A program made the position numbers and the translations under genes. Below, piece by piece: positions 45,033 through 55,139 of a stretch of 64,000 bases of DNA. Below the pieces are notes generated by a model. The model was not told where the DNA came from, searched no databases, and saw only the letters and a list, made by a program, of their open reading frames with translations. Source of the stretch: Spirochaetota bacterium (GTDB taxonomy: Bacteria > Spirochaetota > Spirochaetia > Treponematales > UBA12059); contig JAHIWG010000110.1 in NCBI GenBank assembly GCA_018816345.1, forward strand, positions 22,399 through 86,398. Reading direction: 5' to 3'. The stretch's first letter is position 1; the number at the start of each line of letters is the position of its first letter.

Positions 45033-45977
45033 TCAGGCTATCCCGAGGAGCCCGGCGATATTGCGGTAGAGCACCATGTCGACCTCGTCCTCGTCGAAGC
45101 CGTTGTCGTACATCTCCCGGACCTGGATATCGAGGTATTTTTCGGCGAACCCGCGGGGGAACCAGCTCGAATCCGTGCCGAAGATTATCCTGGACGCGCC
45201 TATCGTGTCATGGTACTTCCGGAACAGCGACGCGAGGTCCACGGGATAGGGCATCCAGCGCATCCACTGGTTGGAGCCTGAGGTGTCGACGTATACGTTG
45301 GGGCAGGCCCAGCACAGGTTCAGGGTCTCGAAGACGTAGCCGCAGCCGAAATGGGGAACGATGATCCTGAGCGAGGGGAAGCGCTTCGCCACATCGTGGA
45401 CGACCATGGGGCTGATGTTGACGTGGCCGGCTATGCCGCCGGCTCCTCCCATGATGCCGAAATGGATGAGCACGGGAGCTCCCGCGGCAGAGGCAATCTC
45501 CCATAGCGGATCGAAGGAGGGATCGTCGAGGGGCCTGCCTATCTTCGGGCCGAGGAGCTTATACCCGCGGAGGCCCTGGACCTTGAGCGCCTTCTCGAGC
45601 CTGTCGGCCGCGTCGGGCAGGAGGGGATCGTGGTGCGCGTACCCGTAGAATTTTCCCTCGTTCCTTCGCGCCAGCTCGGAGCAGAAGTCGTTGCTCCCGC
45701 TCGTGACGAAGACGACCGAATCGAGGTAGTCGCGCTTCTCTATCTCCCCGAGCCATAGCCGCTCGCCTTCCTCCCGCTCGACGGCGACGGAGGGCGGGAA
45801 GCGCCACGCGGATTCCCACCGGGCCTTCTCCGCCTCTATCCATGGATGGGCGGCCGCGCCGGACCTCCCGCTCGAGTAGCCGACCTGGGCCGCGGCGGAG
45901 CCGCCGGTAGCGGCGGGGAGGCCGTCGTCGATGATCTTGTCCTCGGGAAAATGCACGTGAGAATCTATGACCCTCAT
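45033..45977 (-). CDS. Amidohydrolase_2 family protein
   Basis: IDSHVH, G.K, PVLIHFG, IIVPHFG, NVYVDTSG, IIFGTDS. Confidence 0.9.
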   Translation of the reverse strand: MRVIDSHVHFPEDKIIDDGLPAATGGSAAAQVGYSSGRSGAAAHPWIEAEKARWESAWRFPPSVAVEREEGERLWLGEIEKRDYLDSVVFVTSGSNDFCSELARRNEGKFYGYAHHDPLLPDAADRLEKALKVQGLRGYKLLGPKIGRPLDDPSFDPLWEIASAAGAPVLIHFGIMGGAGGIAGHVNISPMVVHDVAKRFPSLRIIVPHFGCGYVFETLNLCWACPNVYVDTSGSNQWMRWMPYPVDLASLFRKYHDTIGASRIIFGTDSSWFPRGFAEKYLDIQVREMYDNGFDEDEVDMVLYRNIAGLLGIA

Positions 45978-45981
45978 GGTC

Positions 45982-46809
45982 CTACCCTTTCAGCCCGGTC
46001 ATGGCTATGCCCCGGACGATCTGCTTCTGGAATACGAGGAACAGCGCGATCAGCGGCGCCATGGCTACCGTGGCTCCGGTCATGATGAGGTGCCAGTCGC
46101 TACCCGCCTCGCCCGAGAAATTCGCGAGCCCGACGGGCAGGGTGAACATCCTGGGCTTGGAGGCCACGATCAACGGCCAGAGGAAGGCGTTCCAGTTCCC
46201 TATGAAATTGAATATCGCCAGCGTAGCCAGGGCGGGCGTCACGAGCGGCATTACGATCTTCACGAATATGCTGAGCTCTCCCATGCCGTCGATGCGGGCC
46301 GCGTCCAGAAGGTCGTTCGGTATGGTCGACATGAATTGCCGCATAAGGAAGACGCCGAAGGCGCTTATCATCCCGGGGAACATGACGCCCCAGTAGGTAT
46401 TCCCCCACTTCATCGCCCTGGATAGCGCGTACCAGGGGATTACGAGCATCTCGGTGGGTATCATCAGCGTGCTGATGATCAGGAGGAAGATTATCTTCTT
46501 GCCCGGGAACGAGAACTTGGAGAGGGTATAGCCGAGGAGCGAGTCGAAGAACAGCACGGAGGCGGTCGTGCAGACGGCAACCACGGCGCTATTGAGGAAC
46601 CACCGAGGGAATCGAGAGTGTCCATCGAGGAGTATAAGCCTATAATTGTCGAGCGTCGGTCGGGTCGGGAACACGCGGGTCTCGAATATCTGGGACGCGT
46701 CCTTGAACGAGGAGAGCAGCATCCAGAAGAAAGGGAACACCATGACGAGCGACAGGGTGGCAAGGATAACATACGCCAGCGTCACGCCGACGCGCTTCTC
46801 CACCATCAT
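45982..46809 (-). CDS. Carbohydrate ABC transporter permease (MalG-like)
   Basis: PFFWML.SSFK, DAARIDG EAA loop, WNAFLWPL. Confidence 0.95.
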   Translation of the reverse strand: MMVEKRVGVTLAYVILATLSLVMVFPFFWMLLSSFKDASQIFETRVFPTRPTLDNYRLILLDGHSRFPRWFLNSAVVAVCTTASVLFFDSLLGYTLSKFSFPGKKIIFLLIISTLMIPTEMLVIPWYALSRAMKWGNTYWGVMFPGMISAFGVFLMRQFMSTIPNDLLDAARIDGMGELSIFVKIVMPLVTPALATLAIFNFIGNWNAFLWPLIVASKPRMFTLPVGLANFSGEAGSDWHLIMTGATVAMAPLIALFLVFQKQIVRGIAMTGLKG

Positions 46810-47705
46810 GACTCGACCTCCCCGTTGGCCTTCTTGTCGAACAGCTTGAGCTGGGCGAGGGTGACGGCCATGATTATCGCGAAGAGAACGAGGCTCGCCG
46901 CCGAGGCGCGCCCGAGCTCGAATTTCGTGAAAGCCTCCTGGTATATATAGAGCGCCGCCGACTTGGTCGAATCGAGGGGCCCGCCCATGGCCTGCGCCGA
47001 CATGTTATAGACCGGAGTGAATATCCTCAGGAACTGGATGCCCTGCATTATCATGAGGAAGAGCGTTATAGGCATGAGGAGGGGTAGCACGATGCCGAAG
47101 AGGATCTGCCGGCTCGAAGCGCCGTCTATCCTGGCCGCCTCGATGCAGTCCATCGGTATGGTCTGGATGCCGGCCAGGAATACCGTAGTGCAATAACCTA
47201 GCTCGACCCAGATATTTACGGCGACTATGGAATACAGCGCTTGATTAGGGCTTAGGAGGAATTCCATGGCGGGCAAGCCCAGCGCCGAGAATATCGCGTT
47301 GAGTATTCCCAGCGGCGGGGTCTGGTACATCCATCGCCAGACCCAGCTGACCGCGACTATCGGCGTTATATACGGCAGTATATAGATAAGCCTGAAGAAT
47401 CCTCGGGCCCGCGCGATGCGGTTCAAGAGGAGTGCTATGCCGAGGCTCAGGGCTATGACTATGGGCGCTCCGACGATAGCGTACTTGAGCGTATTGGCCA
47501 GGGCCTTCAGGAAGACGGGGTCGCCTAGCACAGCCTTGAAGTTAGAGAGTCCTATGAACTGGTTGGTCTTGCGGAGCAGGCTCCAGTCGGTGAGGCTCCG
47601 CAGCATAGCGTACAGCATCGGGCCGAATCTCACCCCTATGAAGAAAACGAGAGGGACGGCCAGGAACAGGTACGCGGTCATCGCCCGCTTCTTCGCCAGG
47701 GTCAT
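46806..47705 (-). CDS. Carbohydrate ABC transporter permease (MalF-like)
   Basis: FIGLSNF, EAARIDGAS, GRASAA. Confidence 0.95.
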   Translation of the reverse strand: MTLAKKRAMTAYLFLAVPLVFFIGVRFGPMLYAMLRSLTDWSLLRKTNQFIGLSNFKAVLGDPVFLKALANTLKYAIVGAPIVIALSLGIALLLNRIARARGFFRLIYILPYITPIVAVSWVWRWMYQTPPLGILNAIFSALGLPAMEFLLSPNQALYSIVAVNIWVELGYCTTVFLAGIQTIPMDCIEAARIDGASSRQILFGIVLPLLMPITLFLMIMQGIQFLRIFTPVYNMSAQAMGGPLDSTKSAALYIYQEAFTKFELGRASAASLVLFAIIMAVTLAQLKLFDKKANGEVES

Positions 47706-47736
47706 GAGTAGCCTCCAGTAGGGCCGGATAATGAGC

Positions 47737-47766
47737 CCCGCGGCGGGGCGTCTGCCCCGCCGCGGG
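47737..47766. other. Intercistronic GC-rich hairpin after the solute-binding protein gene (probable mRNA stabiliser)
   Basis: CCCGCGGCGGGGC-GTCT-GCCCCGCCGCGGG, a perfect 13-bp stem with no U-tract. Confidence 0.65.
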
Positions 47767-47783
47767 AAGAAATGGATCCGGGG

Positions 47784-49040
47784 CTACTTGGCCCAGAAGT
47801 CGTCGATCAGCTTCTGCTCCTTGGCGGCGGTCTGCCTAAGCGCGTCCGCGACCTTGGTACCCTTGAGGTTTATCTCGTCTATCATGTCGACGAACAGCGT
47901 CCGCTGCCCGGCCTCGTCCACGAAGATCGTGGAATGGGCGTAGGAGAGCCCCTTCATGAACACGCTCGTCAAGGGATCGTCCTTATGGGCCTGCGCGATC
48001 TTGGGGTTCGCCGGCAGCTCGCCTACCCTGGCCAACCATTGCTCCATAGCCTCGGGCGAGGTGATGAACTTCAGGAACTTGACCGACGCGTCGAGCTGCT
48101 TGCCCTTGACGCCGGAGACGATGGCGTGCGTCCAGAACGACGCGAAATTAGACTGCACGCCCTTGTTGGAGGGGAGCTCGGCGACGCCCCACTCGAGGTC
48201 CGATAGCGCCTTGAACGTGCCGATACGGAACGACCCGTCTATGGTCATCGCCGCCTTCTGGGCCTTGAAGGCCGTCACGTCGTCGGTCAGGAAGTTCGGG
48301 TAGCCGACCTTGTCCTTCATGATGCGGTCCATGTACCACTGCAGGGCGGCGACGCCCTGGGCGGAGTCGTACGCGACCTTACGGCCGGTGGCGTCGTAGG
48401 GCGCGCCGCCGAACTGGCGGAAGAGGACGTCGCGGAGCCAGCTATGGCCCTGGCCGTTGGGTTGCATGGCGAGGCCGGCCTGGATCAGGTTGCCTTGGCC
48501 GTCGTACTTGGATAGCTTCCTCGCGTAGTCGGCGAGCTCGTCGAGGGTCCGCGGCGGCTTCTCGGGATCGAGGCCCGCCTCCTTGAAGAGCTTCTTGTTC
48601 CAGATAAGCGCCAGGGAGCGCACGGCCGTCGGAGCCGAATAGAGCTTGCCGCCGAAATTGACCGCGTCGAGCACGAAGGGGAAGTAGCTCGCCTTCATGT
48701 AGGAGTCGGTGAACTGCGCCTGCGGCAGGGGCTGGATATAGCCGGCCTTCACGTACATAGGCAGCCAGCCGCCGTACAGGTTGATGACGTCGGGGCCTTC
48801 CCCTACCGGTATCGAGGTGGCGACCTTCTGGTTGTAGCTCTCGTACGGGAACGTGACCTGCTCGACCTTGATGTCGGGGTTCTGCGCCTCGAACTGCTTG
48901 ATAAGGTCGTTCATCAGGTCGACCTTAGACTGGTAGAAGTACTGCCAGTAGGTGATCTTCACCGGCGCGGCCTGTACGGCCTGGGCCGCTAGGATCAGCA
49001 GGACGATCAGGACAAGCCCACTACCCTTGAACCTCTTCAT
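47784..49040 (-). CDS. Sugar ABC transporter extracellular solute-binding protein
   Basis: Signal peptide, FE..NPDIKV, GPDV, L.WNKKLF.EAGLDPEKPP.T.DEL. Confidence 0.93.
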   Translation of the reverse strand: MKRFKGSGLVLIVLLILAAQAVQAAPVKITYWQYFYQSKVDLMNDLIKQFEAQNPDIKVEQVTFPYESYNQKVATSIPVGEGPDVINLYGGWLPMYVKAGYIQPLPQAQFTDSYMKASYFPFVLDAVNFGGKLYSAPTAVRSLALIWNKKLFKEAGLDPEKPPRTLDELADYARKLSKYDGQGNLIQAGLAMQPNGQGHSWLRDVLFRQFGGAPYDATGRKVAYDSAQGVAALQWYMDRIMKDKVGYPNFLTDDVTAFKAQKAAMTIDGSFRIGTFKALSDLEWGVAELPSNKGVQSNFASFWTHAIVSGVKGKQLDASVKFLKFITSPEAMEQWLARVGELPANPKIAQAHKDDPLTSVFMKGLSYAHSTIFVDEAGQRTLFVDMIDEINLKGTKVADALRQTAAKEQKLIDDFWAK

Positions 49041-49174
49041 ACGCTTTCTCCTTCTCGGGCGGTCGGCCTCCGGGTCGGGATCCCGTAGGCTCCGCCAGCG
49101 ATTCTATGCCGTACGGCCGGCGTCCCGGATCGCCCGGTCGCCCGCCGCCCTTGCACGATTCATCATCGCGGGCC

Positions 49175-50284
49175 CTAGCCCGCGCAGACGCCTTCCATCC
49201 ATTCGTCCAGGGCCAGACCCGCCGCGCCAGAGACGCCGGGCTCCGCCGCGACCGATAGCTCGCAGGAGACGTCCATGGGGCACAGCGTCGCCAGCTCGCG
49301 CCGCAGGACGGCGAGCAGCCCGGGGCCGAATGCTTCCCTCCCCGCCCGGCCCAGGACGACGGTCCTCACGTCCAGCGCGATGCACAGGTTCGCCGCCCCC
49401 CTGGCCAGGAGGCCGCCCACGCGCTCGACCGCCGCGGCCGACGGCCGGCCGTCGCGGTCGGACTCCGACCAGAACGACTCGAGGTCCATCGCGGCTTCCA
49501 GCCAGCCCGGACCGCCGGCCGCGGACGCCCCTGCCCTATCCAGGACCATGTACCCTATCTCGCCGGCGCCGAAGCCGGGCCCCTCGCGCAGGCGGCCGTC
49601 GAGGACGAGCCCCGCCCCGACGCCCCGGCCCAGCTCGACGAAGATCAGGTCGCCCTTGCAGCCGGCGCCCCGGGCGGAGACCTCGCCCAGCGCGGCGGCG
49701 TTGGCGTCGTTGGCGACCCTCACCGGGAGGCCGAGCCTACGCTCGAGGCCCGCCGCGAGAGGCCCGAACGGAACCCTCTCCTTGACGCCGACGAGAGGCG
49801 CCTGGCTGATATAGCGCTCCGCCTGGTGCACGACGCCGGGGACGCCCACGCCCAGGCCCTTCACCGCCCCGGGCGGCAGGCCCGAGTCCCGGATGAGGGC
49901 CTCGACCTCCTCGGCGAGGAGGCTCCCGAGCAGCAGCCCGAGGTCCGGCGGCGCGGGGGATCGGCGTATCGAGAACACCCCCCCGTCGAGGTCGACGAGG
50001 CCTACGCTCAGGTGGACGCCGTCGTACTCGGCGCCGACAGCGTACGCCGCGCCGGCGCGGAGGCTCAGCATCATGGGCCGCCGGCCGAGCGCCGAGACGC
50101 AGGCGCCGTCGTAGCCCATGATGCCGAGGCCGATGAAGTACTCGATTATCTTGATGACCGTCGGCACGCTCAAAGACAGGCGCTTGGCGATAGCCGACTT
50201 GGAGACGGAGCCCTCGGACCGGACGAGCCGGTACACGAGCATGCGGTTATATTCCTTGAGGTCGGCCGCGACCCGAGCCTTCAT
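49175..50284 (-). CDS. ROK family transcriptional regulator
   Basis: N-terminal HTH (SKSAIAKRLSLS.PTV..I), GRRP, NDANAAALGE, GAGEIG. Confidence 0.92.
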   Translation of the reverse strand: MKARVAADLKEYNRMLVYRLVRSEGSVSKSAIAKRLSLSVPTVIKIIEYFIGLGIMGYDGACVSALGRRPMMLSLRAGAAYAVGAEYDGVHLSVGLVDLDGGVFSIRRSPAPPDLGLLLGSLLAEEVEALIRDSGLPPGAVKGLGVGVPGVVHQAERYISQAPLVGVKERVPFGPLAAGLERRLGLPVRVANDANAAALGEVSARGAGCKGDLIFVELGRGVGAGLVLDGRLREGPGFGAGEIGYMVLDRAGASAAGGPGWLEAAMDLESFWSESDRDGRPSAAAVERVGGLLARGAANLCIALDVRTVVLGRAGREAFGPGLLAVLRRELATLCPMDVSCELSVAAEPGVSGAAGLALDEWMEGVCAG

Positions 50285-50299
50285 GCTCGTTCTCCTTAT

Positions 50300-50367
50300 T
50301 TAATTTACTAAACTAGTTAAATAACTAAGCTACTCTAATGACTAAACCCGTTTCAGCAATCTGTCAA
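50300..50367 (-). promoter_or_regulatory. AT-rich promoter/operator region of the ROK-ABC operon
   Basis: TTGACA at 50362-50367 (minus strand) and an imperfect palindrome TAATTTACTAAACTAGTTAAATAACTAA (50301-50328) next to the SD. Confidence 0.55.
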
Positions 50368-50415
50368 TGACGATTTTCGATCCTGGAGTCGGAATTCGGC
50401 GTCGCCCCTACGGCG

Positions 50416-51693
50416 CTACTTCGCGAGCATCATGCCGAGTATCATGGAGTCGGCCTGGGTCATGCCCTCCGAGCTCAAGCGCCCTAGGTTGTCGATGATG
50501 GCCTCCACGTCGTCGTCGACGATGCCCTCGAGGCCCGAGACGCGGACGCCCCGCATGGCTAGCATAGCCGAGCGCATCGCGGACTCGACGGCGGAGGCGG
50601 CCTTCAAGGCGCAACTCGCCTTCGCGCCGTCGCAGACCATCCCCGTGAGGCCTCCCGCCATATTCGCTATAGCGTCGACGACCCGATCGTAGGATCCGCC
50701 CCGGAGCGCGACGAGCCCGCAGGCCGCGCCGGTCGCGGCGGGGATTGTGCCGCACATAGCCGACAGCCGGTCGAAATGCTGCCGGATGTGGATACTGACG
50801 AGGTGGCTCAGGGCGAGCGCCCTGACGAGGCTCTCCTCGGAGCAGCCGCGCGCCTCGGCCTCCGCCGCGACGGGGATCGTCGCGGTGATGCCCTGGTTCC
50901 CGCTGCCCGAGTTCGTCATCGCGGGCAGGAAGCAGCCGCCCATGCGCGCGTCGACGGCGGCCGCCGTCCCCATGACCGCGCGTACGCCTATGTCGGTCCC
51001 TATCTCGCCGCGCGCGGAAGCCTCGCGCATCGACCTGCCGACTCCGAGCCCGTACTCCCCCTCCAGGCCCTCCGCGGAGAGCCGCCCGTTCACCTCGGCC
51101 GCGTCGAGCATGAAGCGGATGGTTCCCAGGGGCGCGAGACGGGAGAACTCGTACGCGCTCCTCACCGACAGCCCCGGCGTCGGTTCCCCTACGGCCCCGG
51201 CCTCCCCGGCGTCGGCCAGGGCGAAGGTCGGCGAGCCGTTCGACTCGACGAGCGTCACCCGGGCGTAATCGCCCCGGATGACGGCCCTGGCGGTATCGCC
51301 GCCCCCGGAGAGCGCGGCCTCGATATAAAGGATTTCCGGGCCATCGCTCATGGAGACGGACACCCTGCCCTCGGCGACGAAGCGCTTGCCCTTCTCGACG
51401 TCCGCCCGCGACAGGTCCTCGAGCACGCCGAGCCCCGCGTCGGGAGAGCCCCCGAAGGCGCCCAGGGCGGCCGCGAGGCCTACGCCGACGGCGTCGGCGC
51501 CGGGGATGCCCACGGCCATCGCGTTCTTGAGGATGTTGCGGCTCAAGGCCAGGGCGATACGCTCGGGCTCGCGCCCGAGGGCCTCGCGCGCCTTCGCGGC
51601 GCATAGCGCGATCGCCACGGGGTCGGTGCAGCCCAGGGCCGGAACCACCTCGCGCCTCAGCAGCCCGACGAAACGCTCCCAGTCAGTATCCAT
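50416..51693 (-). CDS. cyuA: L-cysteine desulfidase CyuA/YhaM (UPF0597, serine dehydratase alpha-like)
   Basis: PALGCTDP, KNAM.VGIP, DARMGG, NSGSGNQG, LSAMCG, GMVCDGAK.SCALK. Confidence 0.85.
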   Translation of the reverse strand: MDTDWERFVGLLRREVVPALGCTDPVAIALCAAKAREALGREPERIALALSRNILKNAMAVGIPGADAVGVGLAAALGAFGGSPDAGLGVLEDLSRADVEKGKRFVAEGRVSVSMSDGPEILYIEAALSGGGDTARAVIRGDYARVTLVESNGSPTFALADAGEAGAVGEPTPGLSVRSAYEFSRLAPLGTIRFMLDAAEVNGRLSAEGLEGEYGLGVGRSMREASARGEIGTDIGVRAVMGTAAAVDARMGGCFLPAMTNSGSGNQGITATIPVAAEAEARGCSEESLVRALALSHLVSIHIRQHFDRLSAMCGTIPAATGAACGLVALRGGSYDRVVDAIANMAGGLTGMVCDGAKASCALKAASAVESAMRSAMLAMRGVRVSGLEGIVDDDVEAIIDNLGRLSSEGMTQADSMILGMMLAK

Positions 51694-51771
51694 GCGACTT
51701 GCCCTTCCTATCGAGCGCGCGGCTCGTATCGAGTATCCGGCCCGCGGATCGGGCGGGCCGCTCCGGCGAGC

Positions 51772-52509
51772 CTATTCCGAGGCCGCCCGCATCAGGGCGA
51801 CGACGGCCTCGACGGTCCTGGCTTGCTGCTCCTCCCGGCTCATCGTAGCGACGCCGTCGCCCTTCTGCGGGCCGTAATCGCCGAACTGGGCGTGGTTGCC
51901 GCCCTCGAGCGCCACCGTCGCCCTGGCCCCGGGCAGGCGGGCGAAGGACGCGACGAACTCGTCGGCGGCGAGTCCGTCGCGGGTGCCGTAGATAGACAGC
52001 GCCGGGATAGGGAGGCCGGAGAGGTCGACGTTCTCCGCCGGGTACGAGGCGAGGAGCGCCAGTCCCCTCACCGCCCCGGGACGGTCCTTGACGTACTGGG
52101 CCGCCATGGCGCCGCCCAGGGAATGTCCCCCTATCGCCCAGGCCCGTATCTCCGGGAAGGCCGCGATCACCGAGTCCGCCTTGGAGACGCCCGCGAAGGC
52201 CAGGTCCAGCGGCATCGGCACGATGACGGCCAGTATGCCGCGCTCGGAGACCGCCTTCATGAGAGGCGCATAGGCCGCGGGATCGACGAGGCCGCCGGGA
52301 TAGAAGACGAGGCCGGTGCCGTCCGGCGCGTCCGGCCTGAAGGCGTACCAGCCTTCCGCCGTCTTGACGTCGCCTGCGACGAGCGCGCGGGCCGAGGGGA
52401 AGGCCTCGTAGCGTGACGCGCGCGTCCACGCGAGGAAGCCTAGGGCCGATACGGCTACGATGGCCGCTAGGCCGATCACGGCGATGGCTACGATTCTTCT
52501 GGGCTTCAT
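51772..52509 (-). CDS. Alpha/beta hydrolase with N-terminal anchor
   Basis: VFYPGG.V...AY.PL, GGHSLGG, GGNHAQFGDYG.Q.GD. Confidence 0.9.
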   Translation of the reverse strand: MKPRRIVAIAVIGLAAIVAVSALGFLAWTRASRYEAFPSARALVAGDVKTAEGWYAFRPDAPDGTGLVFYPGGLVDPAAYAPLMKAVSERGILAVIVPMPLDLAFAGVSKADSVIAAFPEIRAWAIGGHSLGGAMAAQYVKDRPGAVRGLALLASYPAENVDLSGLPIPALSIYGTRDGLAADEFVASFARLPGARATVALEGGNHAQFGDYGPQKGDGVATMSREEQQARTVEAVVALMRAASE

Positions 52510-52621
52510 GGCGGCTCCGACGCTACGGGGATATATATCGATCCCAAGTCTCGCCGTTACGGCGGCCGCGAGTCAAGGCGAGCGCCGCTGAGGCCGTGAT
52601 CGGACGGTCCGCCCTGCCGCT

Positions 52622-54103
52622 TCACCGTGATAGGACGGACTCGTAACCCACCTCGGAGACAGACAGGATATCGTCGGCCGCGCCAAGCATTACCCAGGTG
52701 ATCTTCCCTCCCAGCAGGTATTTCGCCAGGGACGCCTTGACCTGATCGGCGCTGACGGCGGCGATGCGCTCGTCATCGAGGACCCAGGAGCGGCAATCGG
52801 CGCGAAGGATGACCGCCCTCGCGATACTATTAGCCACTTGGACGTTGGTCGCCTGTCCCTGCAGGAAATCGGTGGTGAGGCGAGTCTTATAGGAGGCGAG
52901 CGCTTCCTCAATCGTCACGCGCTGACGCCCGCCCTCCGAGGCGCGCGGATCGAGGGATACGGCAGTGCCAGCCGCTAGATCGGCGACCGCCTCGTCGATA
53001 TAGGATTTGATCCTGGCGGCTTCCTTAGCCTCCGTGATGACGATGGAGCCATAGACGGCCTGGGCATCAGTAATATAGGCGCAGGGAGCGGAAGAGGCGC
53101 CGTCCCGTACGACATCCAGGAGGAGATCGGAGAGCATCGCCATGCCTATGCGGAGGGGCATGTAGTTCGCCGGATCGGCTCGGTCGGGAGCGGCGAAGTC
53201 GCCGCGCAGGTACGCGAGGCCGTTCGACTGAGGGAATTCCCTCTTAGCAAGGCTTCCAGGCCCGCCGCCGACAGCGAACCGCGGGGGAGGGGGAGGCAGG
53301 GCGAACGCTCGATCGGGGATGGAGCCGAGGCCGGCCTCGAGCCTTTTCCTCAGGGAGGCTGGCTCGAAGTCGCCAACAGCGACGATGAAGATGCGGTTGG
53401 CCGAGAATGCCTCCCCGTACCAGGCTCGCACCGCGGAGACGTCGAGGGCATCGAGTGACTCCTTCGTCCCTTCGGGCGAGGCGGCATAGGGATGACCGGC
53501 GAAGAAAAGCTCGTTCACCGCCGAGGCCGTCACGGCCCGGGGATCCCGTCCTCTCTTTTCGAGGGCGAGGCGAGCCTCCGAGATGACTTGCTCGACGTCG
53601 CCGGGGGCGAAACCGGGGCGGACTATCGTGCCGATCCAGGCGGGGACGAGACGGTCGAGTTTCTTGCCGAGAGTCGCGAGGCTGTAGGTCGAGAAATCGA
53701 GCCCCGCGACGCTATCGATACTCGAGCCAGTCTCGCCGAGGAGGGCGGCGAGCTCCTGGGAGGGCAAATCCTTCGATCCCATGGCCATGGCCTTGAGGGC
53801 GACGGCCTCGAGCCCCTCGAGGCCGGGCTTGGCGGCGGCCGAGCCGCCCCGGATGACGAGGGATAGGGTCATGCCCTTATTAGCCGTGCTGCGCTTGAAG
53901 ACTACGGGAATGCCGTTCGAAAGCTCGAAGGTCGAAAGTTCGGCTACGTGAGCCTTGGCTTTATCGGAGAGCTTCTCCGCATAGAAGGGATTACCGCTAG
54001 CCATTAGGGGCCGATACATATCTACCCTACGGCCGCTAGTCGCGCATGACGCGAGGAGGAAAAGCACGGCGGCGAAGGCCGCGGCGCGCGTAACGTTTCT
54101 CAT
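52622..54103 (-). CDS. M16 (insulinase) family lipoprotein, non-catalytic-type subunit
   Basis: LASC lipobox, LSNGIPV, GHPYA..P.GT.ESL, VAVGD; HXXEH absent. Confidence 0.8.
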   Translation of the reverse strand: MRNVTRAAAFAAVLFLLASCATSGRRVDMYRPLMASGNPFYAEKLSDKAKAHVAELSTFELSNGIPVVFKRSTANKGMTLSLVIRGGSAAAKPGLEGLEAVALKAMAMGSKDLPSQELAALLGETGSSIDSVAGLDFSTYSLATLGKKLDRLVPAWIGTIVRPGFAPGDVEQVISEARLALEKRGRDPRAVTASAVNELFFAGHPYAASPEGTKESLDALDVSAVRAWYGEAFSANRIFIVAVGDFEPASLRKRLEAGLGSIPDRAFALPPPPPRFAVGGGPGSLAKREFPQSNGLAYLRGDFAAPDRADPANYMPLRIGMAMLSDLLLDVVRDGASSAPCAYITDAQAVYGSIVITEAKEAARIKSYIDEAVADLAAGTAVSLDPRASEGGRQRVTIEEALASYKTRLTTDFLQGQATNVQVANSIARAVILRADCRSWVLDDERIAAVSADQVKASLAKYLLGGKITWVMLGAADDILSVSEVGYESVLSR

Positions 54104-55139
54104 TCTTAGTACCTTTCATATCGTTATCGGCCTGGAAGGCGCGGCTGATCGGGAACCGACTTCGTGCTTTGAATTTCTCCTACGTTCTCGAGCGAGCCTC
54201 GCGCCTATCCCGAAGGTTGGCGCGAAGTGCTGGATTTTCAAAGGAGTATAGACTCGATCGGAACTCCGCGCGATGGGAATAAGCTGTCGCTTGACCCCAT
54301 TACTGAATTAGCCGCCTACGTTTATGATCCAGGAAGCGGGATTCTTCCGCGGCCCGGCGACTCTGGCTACCTCGCCGCCTGGTTCACACCCCGTTTCCAG
54401 TCAACACAGGCACGATACTAGAGTGGACTAGTGTCGCTTCGCTGCCAAGATTAATAAATCGGCGGATTCGGCATCGCAGGGAGAGTCAACGACGCTAAAA
54501 CTCAGCCGACTCGCTGTATTTGTTCCGTTTATCTGCTATGCCTAGTTCAGTATATCAGCATCCCGGGATTGACGGGTTCTAACACCTGCTAGTAGGGGTT
54601 GGCGCTCGCGATTCCGGCCGACCTGTCCTATCAGTCGCTACGCGCCAGCTTGAGCCTACTCCTACTTGCGAGGAAATAGGGCAACGGCGCTGTTTCGATA
54701 CCGGTCGCACCCTTAAAAGAATAGCCCGTACGGCAGATTCGTCCGAAAGCTACGCAAAGCCGATAGAAGGATCCGCGACGAGGAGGATGGAGACTACTTT
54801 ATGGCCGGATGGCCTCAGGAAACGACTATCGCATCAAGCTACAGGAGCACGCGAATCCGCGGCATGAGGCGCTGCGTCATGCAAGCACAAGTAAAATATT
54901 TTCGCCATGATGTATTGATCATAAAAACATTTAGTTTCACTCATCATGGAGAATAATTATGAAGAAGAATGCACTTTTCGGAATCCGGCTGTATATCCAG
55001 TTTTTACTCTGATTTTCACCTTTTCTTCATGCTGTCACAGTCGGGGAGAATTTGCCGGTTTCCTGTCCATGGCCCTACGTCGTAGGGGAAGAAGTACGGG
55101 GCTCAGCCTCTGTATGATGGAGTCGCCACAACCTCAATC

